Assembly (NCBI RefSeq): GCF_021028975.2
Contig: NC_059432.1
Coordinates: 27,466,001-27,530,000 of the forward strand
DNA from: Sphaerodactylus townsendi
Lineage: Eukaryota
Reading direction: 5' to 3'
DNA length: 64,000 bases
Shown here: positions 1-13,270 of the stretch, piece by piece
How the letters are laid out: each line of letters starts with the position of its first letter
Position numbering within the stretch: the first letter of the stretch is position 1
Made by a program: the position numbers and the translations under genes
Notes under the pieces: model-generated
Databases searched by the model: none
Told to the model about the DNA's origin: nothing
What the model saw: only the letters and a program-made list of their open reading frames with translations

Positions 1-1374
1 AGCCGGTTAGATCCTCTAAGCCCTTGGAAATCCACAGGCTTAGGCACGCTACACTCTGCATAGAGTCAGGTTGTTAGTGTGATGCTTCTTTTAAACAGAA
101 TGTAAACTCAGATATATTTTTTTCCTGTTGGTTTCACAAAGCGCACATAAAGGCAACAAAGCACATTTTACACATGGCTGACAGGCACGGAGAAATCCAA
201 GAAGACCCTTTCAGTGCAGAATCTTTCCCTCCACCTTCTTCACCTCATGCATCTCTGCACGGTTTGCAGTCTTCAAGTCCTCTGTGTGAAATAAGGGTGA
301 TGGTCTGGATTTTGGGCTCTGCCGTAATGCATTAAGATTTCTGGACAGGTTTCCCTCCTGCAGCTGGGGGAACTATGTGAGCCCCAAACTTCAGTAGGGA
401 AAAGATTGCCTTTCGTTCTATTGTCGCTGAAGTATTTGGACTCTTGTTAAACAGCAGAGCAAATTTTGTGACAATACCAGGGAGTTTTTAAATCTGCTTG
501 GGAAATATAAGCCACTTTTTCAGGATAGGAAGGGACCAATATGTCATCTCAGTCCTAAAATATTTAAAAATGGGTTTTTAATAAATTATGCCTCACCTGA
601 GCTTTAGAAGTTGTCAGTTCAGCAGAGCAGTAAACCTTTCAAAAGGAACCCATATGAATTCCAGATTTTATTTTGCATTTACTTGATGACTCCAGGGATT
701 GCTCTCTCCAGTTCTATTCCAGACTCTTCATAAACCGCAAAAGCAGGAGGTTACGTGTCACGTTGGGCTTTATGTGTCACATTGTTGCTGGCTAGAATAT
801 CCTTAATTATTTCTAGAATTTCTTTCCAGCTGGCAAAACGATACTGGCTACCCATCACCCTAGAGTTTCCCATGATTGTAGTTTGACACCATAGAGGCAT
901 AACCATACGACATTTGTAGACTAATTTTGACAGTTATTTCCTTTCTCCTGGGAAGTCTGTAGTTCTGTGATGGGGCTATGGTAATCTAACAAGACAATCC
1001 GAATCCCTTCACTAAATTCTTAGCAGGAATTCTAAGCACTATATTCCTGTGATTCTTAAGCAGGAAGACGTTAACACGTGAGTGGGCTGCAAGGCTATTT
1101 AATGTGTAGTGTAGTTCTTCAATGACATAAAATCTCTTCCCTGCTTCAATTATAGTTTAATTGCCACTGGTGAATAATTGAAAATTAAATAATTGGAAAT
1201 GTGTTCATTTTTTTTATTGAGCGCTCAAAATTGTTCTAAATTGAATTGCAAACACTTTGTGGATGCCTGTTTGCACACTTCTGTCCCCACCCACTGCTGC
1301 CTTTAAAAAATAACTCGCATAAGAAATGCTTTCTTTCCTTGGCTGTTTTAATCCTGCTGCAGTAGGGCTTCACC

Positions 1375-1508
1375 CAGTGGTGGGATTCAGCCTATTCGCA
1401 CCTATTCGGTAGAACCGGTAACTAATTTTTTGTCTAGTTCAGAGAATGGTTGTAATCCCACCACTGAGTCCTTTCGGAACCGGTTAAATTATTTGAATCC
1501 TACCACTG
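1375..1508. mobile_element. hAT MITE
   Basis: TIR CAGTGGTGGGATTC/GAATCCTACCACTG; 8-bp TSD GCTTCACC. Confidence 0.85.
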
Positions 1509-2339
1509 GCTTCACCTCTCTAGTATTCCAGCCTCGCCCATTTCACCTGCTTGAGTCTTAAAGCCAAACATATTCTCAATTGGCTCACAAAAACATTACT
1601 CATTCTCGCATTGCCACATGGGAACTGTAGTTCTAACCATGCAACAAGGTAATGAATGCAACAAAGTAGCCCCAAAAGCAATACAAATGCACTAAAAATG
1701 TAACTGAAGTTGTGATGCATTACTTGCCCATCAACAAAAGCACCACCAATTTAAGATCTCAAATTACCAGTTCTCTCAAATTTTCAAAACAAATCAAATA
1801 TGCATTTAAGTTAAACTCAACCTTCTACTCAAAAATAATCTTATTGTATCTTAACAGTCCAGCCTCTCACTCCATCAGAACACTTAACATTGACAATAAT
1901 ACTGTTACAAAATTATTTTCTCTCTCATAACTATAAAGTTCTTTTTTGAACAACAATTGGCAATAGTGTTCCTACATTATCAGGAGCTTTGAATATTAGA
2001 AAAGCAACCTCACAGAACAGGTTTCCAAGTCTTACAGGTAGCTGTTTGCCTCGGACACACCTTCACAGGCTTATGCTCATTCTTTACTACACACAATAAT
2101 CCATAATGTCCCACAATTCATTACCAAACTGTAATATACATTACTAAAGAGAGAAACAAGTGAATAATAAATTTGTCACAGACCTCAGGATGGTGCTGCT
2201 ATAGTTCATCTTGTTATCAGTTCACCAGTTAGTAATTGGATGGGGGACTTCTAAGGAAATCCAGGTTTGCTGTGCACCACTGTTACCTCTTGCCTTGAAA
2301 GCCATGAGGGGTTGCTATACATCACTTGTCACTTTTCAG

Positions 2340-2950
2340 CCCTTAATCATCATCATCATCATCATCAACAACAACAACAGAGACACAACTCAATGGCCAA
2401 GATGATCCACTGGAATTTATGCAAGAATTACAACATAAGATCAGCTAAGAACTGGTGGGAACATTGTCCAGAGAAAGTAATGGAAAATGAGAAGGCCAAG
2501 ATCCTGTGGGACTTTCAAATTCAAATAAACAAAGTGCTGAAACACAATACACCAGATATCACCATGATCAAGAACAAGAAATTGACCATCATCGACATAG
2601 CAGTCCCCGGTGACAGCAGGATCATTGAAAAAGAACACGAGAAGGTCCCTAGATACCACGATTTGAAAATCAAGCTTCAGCGTCTATGGCACAAAACAGC
2701 TGAGATCATCCCAGTGGTAATCGGCACGCTGGGCGCCATCCCGAAAACACTAGGGTAGCACTTGAGACATCTTCGAATTGACAAAATTAACATCTGTCAA
2801 ATTCAAAAGGCAGTCCTACTGGGATCCGCACAAATACTACGCCAATGCATTACAACTTCCCAGGCCTCTGGGTGAGGCTCGAATTGTAATGAAAGGTCAA
2901 CAACCACCTAAAGATCTGGCAGCTGTGAAATCTACTATAATAATAAATAG
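2340..2950 (+). mobile_element. R4/Dong(Rex6)-clade non-LTR retrotransposon, 5'-truncated (restriction-like endonuclease)
   Basis: RHN...ILWDFQI...PDI...IIDIAVP...EK..RY...VVIGTLG; premature TAG at 2756; (TAA)n tail; microsatellite at the 5' junction. Confidence 0.85.
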
Positions 2951-3967
2951 GCAGCATTGCAACTGTTCTGTAAAAAGTACAAACTAGATATGGTGTTTCA
3001 CTCTACACTTAATAATGGAATATAAATTCCTCCCTTCAGCCTTTCCTGTTTAACTCAAAGTTTTGATACCAATAAAAATAACTCTAGAATATTTGCTCAG
3101 CATGGCGAGATGTTTGTCTTTATGACAGGAATTCCCTTTTCTGCAATCTGCCCACATGTCTGTTTTTCCACAGGGATATGCCCCAGGTTCTGTGATATTC
3201 TAGCAGCAAATGTTTTAATTGTTTGCAAAAAAAAAATCTCCACTTGAGAACAAGTAAAAATAGTATCATCCCATAAGCAATGCACAAGTCATTCTCTTCT
3301 ATAATTCATAACTTCTTGCCTTTCCGTATTTATTTCCAAAGACATTTTTTGCACATTTTGTCTATTCCAGCAATTAATGATCTACACAAAATGTAGCTAC
3401 TTTCAGCACAAACCTTTATTCTGCTTTTTATGCTGTATACCCTTTCTGCATGCTCCAGTTATCACCCCCATTTTCAGCTACCTGTCTGGGGAAAGGCAAT
3501 GATCTTGTTTTGTCCTTCTTTTGCCCTTTTTGGAGATTTTGGCTGAGGTGAGGCTGGAAAATAATTGAACTGACTTCTCCCTCCCTCCTCCCTAGAGGAA
3601 AAAATCCGGTTAGAACGTTCCATTTAAATCTCTAAGGGGGGAAAAATATTTCTTCACAGGGGCACAAACTTTTGTGACGCAGGTCATATCTTGTGAGATA
3701 CATGAAGTGCCACACACATTACAAATGATTAAACCATTACTGTGATTTTAAAAAAATAATACGTTGGTTCATTATAAAGCTGGTTTGTGTGCGTTTTCTA
3801 ACTCGTTGGTGGGTGCTTTCATGATTTACGCAAATGGGCATCGGCATTATTTATTTAAAGGGTACAGTAATACTTACGACTTATATGGTGCTCAAATCCT
3901 TCTCCTACATTACCTCAAGAATACTTACAGTAACCCTATCTGTTTCTGTACTCTGTAGAGTCTAGAG

Positions 3968-4115
3968 CAGTGGTGGCAAACCTATGGCACTCCAGATGTT
4001 CATGGACTACAATTCCCATCAGCCCCTGCCAGCATGACCAATTGGCCATGCTGGCAGGGGCTGATGGGAATTGTAGTCCATGAACATCTGGAGTGCCATA
4101 GGTTCACCACCATGG
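3968..4115. mobile_element. Palindromic hAT MITE
   Basis: The whole element is a hairpin; TSD GTCTAGAG. Confidence 0.9.
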
Positions 4116-4789
4116 GTCTAGAGCATAGTTTGAGTGGGGGGGGGGAGTTATAGAAGCTTGCTAAGGTACCAGTGAGATTGATCCAGAGACTTTCTAATTG
4201 TCCAATCCACATCTGGAGGGGGGGAATAGACTTTGTGAATGATAGAGGTCTACACTGATGCATTTGCCCCCTCTGCCGCATAAGGTAGAGAAAGCAAAAA
4301 TGCCGGCATTCAGCTGCCCCACAACTCCTCAGTGGGTAAACCTGAAAGTGGGCACTGCTGAAAAGTTATGCTGGCATCCAAGGGGATGCTGGCACGGAGG
4401 GAGGACAAGATGGGGTGTCCTGAGGGTAGAGCCGACTTAACTCATCTTCCACCAGACTTCTAGCCTGGGAACACTATTCTTTGAGCCCGCAGACGAACGC
4501 CACACTGAACAGAAAAGCAGAATATAAATACATGAACTCAATCAATAAATAAAGCAGCTTACAAAGAAACAGTAATATAATTTAGACAAACAAGAATAAT
4601 AAAAATACACAGTGTATATTGTAACTCTTAAATATAATACAAGTTTTTTTTCTAAAAAAAAATACACAGCGTCTTTCTACACAGACTGACTGCCGCATGG
4701 GAGCTGCATTCTAATTTGGATGATGTATTGAAGGGAATGATGGTTTTCTTTTTTACCCACATGCATCTTCACAAATCAAAAACAGCCAT

Positions 4790-4793
<4 letters not shown>

Positions 4794-4832
<39 letters not shown>
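4794..4832. repeat. (CA)n microsatellite
   Basis: Direct reading. Confidence 0.95.
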
Positions 4833-4835
<3 letters not shown>

Positions 4836-7082
4836 ATTCGCACTTCAAAAGAAAAAAGACAAGTATCCAACATACTGCCTGTCTTTCTATTGAAAAGGCT
4901 AAAACAGTGCAGGGTGGAAATATCTTGATTTGTAAAACCATGGTGGAGTGAACAGGTTAAACCCTTTCTTCTTTTCCCATATTGGTCACAATTCCATGGG
5001 TGCAAACTTAGAGAAGAGAGCAATATTGATAGTACTGTTTAAAATCGAATGTCCTCTGCCCGTATCATTGCTACAGCTAAACAGTTCATCCCATCTCCAT
5101 TGCCAGAATCATATGACAACAGTCAGAAGATATTGTGGCCTGGCTAGTCACAGCAGGTAAGTCAAACCTTTGAGGTGCTCTCTGATGTGAGAATCACGCA
5201 ACCTATTCTTGCATACTGAGCAGAGAATCAAGGGCTCAAAATGGATTCCTTCATATGTTTCACTGCTTTGCCAAGTAGTGTCATTTTGACCAACTCCAAT
5301 GTGTTATCTGGGAAAACATGTGCTTAGAGGCAAAAGGAAGCCTCCCAAATACATTTTGTGAATAAGAGGATAGATCTGTTCACTAGGATTTGTTTTAGAA
5401 TTTTCAAAAGGCAACTGTGATATGAATTTGAAACAAAAACAAAAGTATTTCACTTTGGTTCACAGCAAAGAGTACATGGAGAGGAGATTTACAAGGCAAT
5501 TACCAAGGAAAGTGATTAGGACCCCTTCAATTGCTGAAGTTTACTGCCTCTGCAAGTGCTGATGGGAGCTTTAAATATATTATGTTACCCACCCTACAGA
5601 GCACATTTTGACATATTGACAGAAGATCCGGTCTCTGTAAAAAGGGGGTGGGTATCATCAAACAGTAAATTTTCTAGGTATAATTTTCCTTTAGATCCCT
5701 AACTGATTTTATAACTCTGGCCATCACTGTCTAAAGAGTTTCCCTTTTTAAAAAAAATTAAACCAGGGCTCTTTTTATAACTCCACTTTTATGGATTCTC
5801 CAGTAGCTATTTCGTGACCTCTAGTGGCCAAAGAGGAGCTATTGCAACATCTAAGCAAACAGCCCAGACCTACTGAAGCTAAAACCAAATTATGTGGAGA
5901 TGCTCCATTATTTTACTGTACAGTTGTTTTAACATGATCCCTTTTTGCTTTAGTTCCATTTTTCACTTTTCACTTGTTATGTTGGTAGCTTCATCTCTGT
6001 GTTTATTTTCCAAAATGTTTAAGGTGATCCCAGGCACAGCGAAACTTCATCGACCATTGTTCCTGCTTGTCTTTTGGGGCAAGTTCCTCCCATGTTAGAC
6101 CACTGAAATAGCACCACTTACTATCTGAATGCAGATTGCATTGAAAGGAACTTTAGTGCTGCAAAAATCCTGTAATGCTGTCATAAAGCATAATACTGGG
6201 AAAATATATTAAAAAATACAAAAAAACAGAACCCTGAAGTAGCACCCTAGTTTATTAGTAGTCAGAAGGCTTCTGCAAGGTAATTGCCTAGGCATGCTCA
6301 GTGGTATCTGGCCTAATAAGCAGGTTGACACGAGTATCAGTCACTTCATAACCTACTGGCAGACCGAGCATGGGTTTGAAAATATTATCAAGGTCATGCT
6401 GGACATCACCACAAGTGTAAAGAGATTAACAGAGGCTTGGCACACAGGAATGTGTTTATGCTGGGAATCCACCCACACTGTTTTGGAGCAGAACTGAGCA
6501 GTTGCACCCAAATAGTTTCAGTGCCAGACTCTTAACAAGTCTGTGTTACTACCACTACAGTAAGATTCAGGTAAAAAGGAAACCAAGAGCAGCGGTGTCA
6601 AAATGATTTTTTAAGGAGTGCCAGATATGACATAAATGGGACTTGGTCTGACCGGGACCTTGGGGGGGAGGGCTGCCCCACCTGGTGAGTCCTCAGCATG
6701 CTCACCAGCCCATATCAGTACTGGGGGGGGGGGGGGGGTGACTGCCTTGGCTGGTTAGAGAGCTGTCTTCCATTTCAGAGCATTCTTTGGATGCACATGA
6801 GCCATGATAGACTAAGCTTTTGCCTACAGATTCCATCTTGTCCATGAAAAAGGGGCAATGGAGAGAGGATTCAACCCAGAGATCTCAGGTAATGATGAAA
6901 TCTAACTTACTGCAACTTTACTCCACAACGACATTGCAGTTTAGAGGCCGTGTCTAGTGGCCACACCGCCTGCTAGGTGGCCACAAGCAAGTGAGGAGGC
7001 TATCTATCACATCTTCAGAGCTATCCTCCTGCTCCATGGATGGTGAATTTTCTGCTGTCTACGAAGCAGAAGGGGGCAGATG

Positions 7083-7183
7083 CAGTGGTGAGATTCAGCA
7101 GGTTTGCACCACTTCGGCAGAACCGGTTGTTAAAAGGGTGCTTGTAAACAACCAGTTGTTAAATTATTTGAATGCCACCATTG
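7083..7183. mobile_element. hAT MITE, same family as 1375-1508
   Basis: Same TIRs; TSD GGCAGATG/GGCAGAAG. Confidence 0.8.
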
Positions 7184-7864
7184 GGCAGAAGCAAAGAATA
7201 TGCTCTGCAGATGGAAATCCCTTCTGTCTGCAAAAATTACTGAAAGATCGAAGCCTATCTTTCAAACTTCTGAATCTGGGAAGCAAAAGAAAAAGAAAAA
7301 AAATCCTTGCCAATTTGTAATCATTGAACCAGTATATTGGAAATATGTGTGCCATTTATTGTCAAGTGCTGAGAAACTATGATTCCACATTGAATACCAT
7401 GACTGTGTTTAGTCCCTGTGTATTTCTTGCTAATTTTTCCAGTCAGATCACACCAAGGGACTGATGGCTTAAAGCAAAGATGTTTTGGCTTATTGTAACT
7501 TTCTGTGTCCTTATTCCCATTTTAACAAGGTAAAATGGCCAGTCAGTGACCAAATATGACTTGGCCAAGTCTTTCATGTAAGACTTGCTAGATTCTCACT
7601 AGATTCAATGTTTGTGCCATACAACAGAACTTGCAACATTCACGCAGAGCAACAGGACTCAAGACAATATTAAGCCTTTAAATAGCACTTTATAATATTC
7701 AAAGCATTTCACATGCATTACTATCAAGAATTCTTTCAACAACACTATAAATGAGGTCAATGTTTTTATTCCTGTATTATAGAAGAGAAGCAGAGAGATG
7801 GCAATTTGCTGGGGTGTCTACTGAGGGTCAACTAGACATGATGGTGTCCTTCTATCCCCCAGAG

Positions 7865-8012
7865 CGGGAGTTTGCAACCTGTGGCTCTCCAATTGTTCAT
7901 GGACTACAATTCCCATCAGCCCATGCCTGCATGGCCAATTGGCCATGGTGGTAGGGGCTGATGGGAATTGTAGTCCACGAACATCTGGAGAGTCACAGGT
8001 TGCAGACCCCTG
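7865..8012. mobile_element. Palindromic hAT MITE
   Basis: Same core as 3968-4115; TSD CCCCAGAG. Confidence 0.85.
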
Positions 8013-9089
8013 CCCCAGAGGGACACTGCCACCATTTTAATGTGGTTTTAAAATGCCATGAAGACCTAATCCCAATTGGGGCCATATCAAGGCAAGATGG
8101 GGCATTTTGTCCTCCTCCCCACAAGTGGTGAAATGACCACACCACCACCCCAAAGCTGTTTTAACATTTTAAAAGGCCCAGGGTGTAGAACAAGACAGAC
8201 TTAGCCCATTGTGCTGTGTGCCCTCACGACATTTTAAAATCAGCTTAAAATGGCAGGTGGGACCCTGTGCCAAGCCCTGAGTTTATGGCCAGGGGACATA
8301 TTTCAGTAGGGAACTTTGTTGTTCACAGCACAGTAATTCAGCTGTTGTGTGGATCGTACGGTTTTCTGTATCATGCAGCATAACCTAAGGAGATTTGTGA
8401 ATGGCTGTCATGGAAAGTAGCAGGCTGGTTTCAATGTCTTTTCAGGTGTCTGGAAATTCCTCTTCAAAAGAACTATGACATTAACACACTACAAAAGACC
8501 TGGATTGATGAAAACTTGGAACCAGACTGCTATGGTTCCTACATAGTGAAGGCAACATCTGGGTGGGGTCCTGGGAGGCTGAAAGGGGGACTGCTGTATA
8601 TAACAGTCTATTGTACTTATGCTTTCTTATGCGAGAGGAGGGAGAATCCTGTTCCTAGAACTAGCATGTAATTTCTGCATTGTTTAACGTGTTAATACTT
8701 AAGCTTGGTTTCAGCTTGGTTTCAGATTTCTGCAATCTTAATCCTATTACATTGATTTTATTAGATGCCCTGTCCTGTTGATTTCATTAACTTACACCAT
8801 ACAATATGCCCTGAGTTTCAGTGTAAAGGTGGACTATAAGGATGGAGGAAAGATGGACAGACAAAGAGATGGATAGCAGATAGATGGATTAATCTGGAGG
8901 ATGTCAACATTCATGTTAAGTCTACCTTGTCTCACTAGCTCAATTGCCATGGTCAGATCACACCTGCCAAAGGCATGAATGTATTTGTCTCTTCCTGTTA
9001 GGTGTGATCCATCCTTGGAGGCTTATGGACTTCTTTAATGAAGATTTTTAGAGTGGGAATATTTAGGTGGAGGATATTGGTCTTAATAT

Positions 9090-10935
9090 GCATACATATA
9101 GAATTGGAATGGGCCATACAGGCCATCTAGTCCAACCTCCTGGTCAGTGCAGGATCAGCCCACATTCCAGCTACTGCTTAAAGACTGCCAATGAGGGGGA
9201 GCTCACCACCTCCCTAGGCAGCTGATTCCACTGTTGCACAACATTTACTGCAAAAGAATATTTCCTCATATCCAGCCAGAACCTTTCTCCCCATATTCTA
9301 CTGCCAACAGGAACAACTCCCTGTCGTCCTCTAAGTTACAACCCTTCAAATCAGAGGCGTTCCTCCCATTGGGCAAAGTGGGCAGTTGCCAGAGCCCCTG
9401 TGTGGTGGGTGGGGCATAAAAAACTTCTGGAAGGTTGTTTATGGGATTTTTTGTATTTTCAGTGTTTTTCCGTTTTGGCCTGACGAGAGTGCAGTTTTTA
9501 GGCTACCAGCCCCAAAATTTCAGAGATTTTACGGGAAACTTTCCTGATGATATCACCCAGGTTTGGTGAGGTTTGGTTTAGGGAGTCCAAAGTTATGGAC
9601 TCCCAAAGGGAGTGCCCCCAGCCCCCATTGGAGCTAATAGGAGATGGGGGCTACACCTCTGAGGGTCCATAACTTTGGACCCACTGAACCAAACTTCACC
9701 AAACCTGGGTGGTATCATCAGTCGGGTCTCACGAAGGTACTCTGAAATTTTGGTGCTGCTATCTTAATAATGGCACCCCTGACAGCAGGCACCCCCTAAA
9801 TTTCCCAGATTTTCTTTTTAAATCCACCCCTTTCCTGCCAATGCTTGTTTTCTTTCTTTCTTTCTTTTAATGTCNNNNNNNNNNNNNNNNNNNNNNNNNN
9901 NNNNNNNNNNNNNNNNNNNNNNNNNNNNNNNNNNNNNNNNNNNNNNNNNNNNNNNNNNNNNNNNNNNNNNNNNNNNNNNNNNNNNNNNNNNNNNNNNNNN
10001 NNNNNNNGGCATGGATTTAAAGGGAGACTCTGAGGTCCCCAGTTTTAACATTGAAAGGGATGCTGTTTCAGGGTGGGGGAGAATCCACCCCAAAACAGCA
10101 TCACTTTCAATGTTGTTTAAACTGGGGACCCCAGTCTCCTTCAAAGATTAATTTAAAAGGGGAGATCTAGATGGTTTAAACACCATTGAAAATAATGCTG
10201 TTTGGGGGTAGATTCCAGCATCACTTGTTTAAACTAGGGAGCCCAGATTCTCCTTTTAAATCCACCTTGAAGGAAAAATCTGGGGTCCCCAGTTTAAATG
10301 ACATTGAAAGTGATGCTGTTTTCCCCAATTGGGGGGACTGGATACAACACCATAAAATGTTTTCATAGCAGTAATAAAACATTTTGAAAGCATTTTGAAA
10401 ATGTTGTCAAGAATATTTCTGCTGTGTGGCATGGCCCATTGCTGTGTTCAGATTTGTGATGGTGACTTTGAAATGACTTGGTGGAAAAAAAATCATTGTT
10501 TGGTCACGGTGGGAGAGGGTGGCCGCCCATGGGGGGGGCATCAAACTCAGGTTTTGCCCAGGGCTCCAGTTTGCCTAAGTACGCCACTGCTTCAAATGCC
10601 TAGAGAGCAATCATGTCCCCCTCAATCTCCTCTTTTCCAGACTAAACATTCTCAAGTCCCTCAGCCTTCTTCACAGGGCTGGGTCTCCAGGCCGCTGATC
10701 ATCATTGTCACTCTTCTCTGCACCCATTCCATTCTGCCCACACCTTTTTTGAACTGACCAATGCAGTGTGAGACTATTACATCTTGCAATTTGGATGTCA
10801 TCCCTCTGCTCATACACCCTAAGATCATATTAGCCTTTTGTTTTGTCACTGCATCACACTGCCTGCTCATATTTTGCTTACTGTCCACCCAAACCCCAAG
10901 ATCTTGTTCACACACACTGCTATTCTCACGTGCTA
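9090..10935 (-). mobile_element. CR1 LINE 3' fragment, split by a hAT insertion
   Basis: ORF 10661-10975 reads [18 protein letters not shown]...KANMILGC...VQRRVTMMI (CR1 ORF2 C-terminus); CR1 3' end at ~9095-9350. Confidence 0.85.
9352..10589. mobile_element. Non-autonomous hAT element with internal subrepeats
   Basis: TIR CAGAGGCGT/ACGCCACTG; perfect TSD CTTCAAAT; contains an N-gap. Confidence 0.85.
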
Positions 10936-11192
10936 ACTGTTCATAGGATTGTCCATAGGGCAATAGTTTGGTCATGGGCTTTTGCTGTGGTAGGTCCAGT
11001 CCTCTAGAGTGGCTTCCTTAAATGGGTGTCAAGAGTGCCTTCACTCATTGCATTTCAGAAGGTATATAAGATTATTGTATTTCAGAGGATATTTAGTCCT
11101 CCGCAGCCGCCATCCCCCCTCAGCCCCACGGAGCAGGCAGTTGCCACAGCTGCCATCCCCCCCCAGCCCCACGGTTGCCTGCTCCGTTGGGC

Positions 11193-12488
11193 CATGGGTG
11201 TAATGCCCATTGGGCAAGGTGGGCATCTGCCCAGGGCACCACTTTGTGGGGGGCATCAAAATGCGGGGTTCATTTTTGGGTATTTTAGTGGTTTTCCATT
11301 TTTTGCCTGCAGGGGTCGCAGTGTTTAAGCTAGTGGCACCACATTTTCAGCGTATCATCAGGAGACTGTCCTTATGCTACCCCCAAGTTTGGTGAGGTTT
11401 AGTTCAGGGAGTCTAAAGTTATGGACTCCCAAAGGGGGTGCCCCTATCCCCCATTGTTTCCAATGGGAGCTAATAGGAGATGGGGGCTACAGTTTTGAGG
11501 GTCCATAACTTTGGCCCCCCTGAACCAAACTGCACCAAACCTGGGGGGTATCATTAGGGCAGTCTCCTGATGAGACCATGAAAGTTTTGAGACTGCCTTC
11601 GGAAATGTGCCCCCCCCCCACCAAGCCTGCAACCCCCATTGACAGCAATGCAGAAAACTCAATGCAGAACAAAGATTCTTGGGCAAATTTCTGGAATGTT
11701 CCTGCAGGGGGTGTATTTTTGGATGTATCAGCACCAAATTTCAGGGTATCATTTGGAGACTGTCATGATGGCACCCCCCCAAGTTTGGTGCGGTTTGGTT
11801 CAGGGGTCCAAAGTTATTGGACCCTCAAAAGGGTAGCCCCCATCTCCTTAGCAAAGAATAGGGGATGGGGTACCTCCTTTGAGGATCCATAACTTTGGAC
11901 CCCCTAAACCAAACTGCACCGAACTTGGGGAGTCCCATAAAGTCAGTCTCCACAGTGATCTACAATTACAATTAGTGCTGATATATCCAAAATGCGCTTG
12001 CCCTGCAGGAACATCCAAGAAATTTGCCCAAGAATCTTTGTTCTACGTGAGTTACCTACTGTATTGCTGTCAATGGGGAGATACTGAAGCCTGAACGTTT
12101 CCAGGCTGGCAGTCTCAAAACTTTCATGGTCTCATCAGGAGACTGCCCTGATGATACCCCCCAGGTTTGGTGCAGTTTGGTTCAGGGGGGCCAAAGTTAT
12201 GGACTCTCAAAACTGTAGCCCCCATCTCCTATTAGCTCCCATTGGAAACAAGTCCATAACTTTGGACTCCCTGAACCAAACCTCACCAAACTTGGGGAGT
12301 TGCATAAAGACAGTCTCCTGATGATACGCTGAAATTTCAGTGCTGATATGTCTAAAAATGCACCCCCTGCAGGCACCAATGTCCTGGTGCAAAAAAAATT
12401 GGTCGTGGTAGAGCGGCCGCCCATGGTGGGGGCGGGGGGCATCCAACAGGTTTTGCCCAGGGCTACAGTTTGCCTCGTTATACCCCTG
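11193..12488. mobile_element. Non-autonomous hAT element related to 9352-10589
   Basis: TIR CATGGGTGTAA/TTATACCCCTG; perfect TSD CGTTGGGC; repeated CCAAAGTTATGG/CCATAACTTTGG modules. Confidence 0.85.
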
Positions 12489-13270
12489 CGTTGGGCAGAG
12501 GGGGTTTCTCTGCCCCGCACCACTGCCTCCTGCAGCGCGACAGGAGGCGGCACTGAGCAGGCGGAAGCTGCCATCCCGCCCTCGGCCCACCTATGGCAGA
12601 GGGGGTTTCCCTGCCCAGTGCCGCTGCCTCCCACAGCTCGAGAGGCAGCGGCACCGGGCAGGCCGCGGCCACCATTTCTCCACCGCCGGACGGAGAAGGG
12701 TTTTCCCCTGCCCGCCCGGGTGCCTCCGCCGCGCATGGGACTATCCGCCCACGATGTCCCGTTGGCGCTAAGCTTCTGGTTACCCCCATGTCCCCGGGCA
12801 AATAACGCCACTGATCCACGTCGCTCCTATATCGGAGCAAAGGCAATTCAATCACAGCTCACCCGCTCCCACTAGCACCAAACGCGAGAAAATGCCGTCT
12901 TGAATATTTATTCCCTGCCATCCCGCCCCTTCTCCCTGGCACTGGCCAACCGTGGCAGGCGAGGGCGCCGTGTGGCCGCTTTTCCAGCAGCGGCCGCGCC
13001 CTCTTCCGGGGGTGGGGGGGAGTAGCGGGAGGCGGGTGCCTGGGGCTGACTTGCTGCCCAGGTGGGCAATCTGGTCGAGTCGTTCGCCGCAGGCATGGTA
13101 AGTGAGGCTGCCGATTGCGCGAGGTCGACTTTGATACTCTCCAAGACCAGGAAGCTGCGTGTTGCTCCGGCGAGGCGCCCCCCGGTTGATAAGTAACCCA
13201 ATTTAAGCACCATGTTTGCTTCTTAGAAGTTAGAAGGCTGGTTTGTAAAGGGTGGGTGGAGCGAGGCAAG
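12400..13270 (+). promoter_or_regulatory. CpG-island promoter of PCBD1
   Basis: Very GC- and CpG-rich against an AT-rich background; GC box CCCGCCCC near 12922; spans exon 1. Confidence 0.8.
13095..13097 (+). CDS. PCBD1: PCBD1 exon 1 coding part (ATG only)
   Basis: GCAGGC-ATG|GTAAGT in a CpG island; splices in frame to exon 2; an ATG-only first coding exon matches vertebrate PCBD1. Confidence 0.9.

Noticed and set aside
2267-2380. Poly-His/poly-Gln N-terminus of the 163-aa ORF
   Set aside because: Translation of the (ATC)n(AAC)n microsatellite abutting the R4 fragment
11193-12488. Regularly recurring motifs as a CRISPR-like array
   Set aside because: Vertebrate context; units alternate in orientation, have no unique spacers, and lie inside TIRs with a TSD
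12197-13269. Overlapping 100-200 aa ORFs
   Set aside because: Expected in stop-poor GC-rich sequence; low complexity, no recognisable domain
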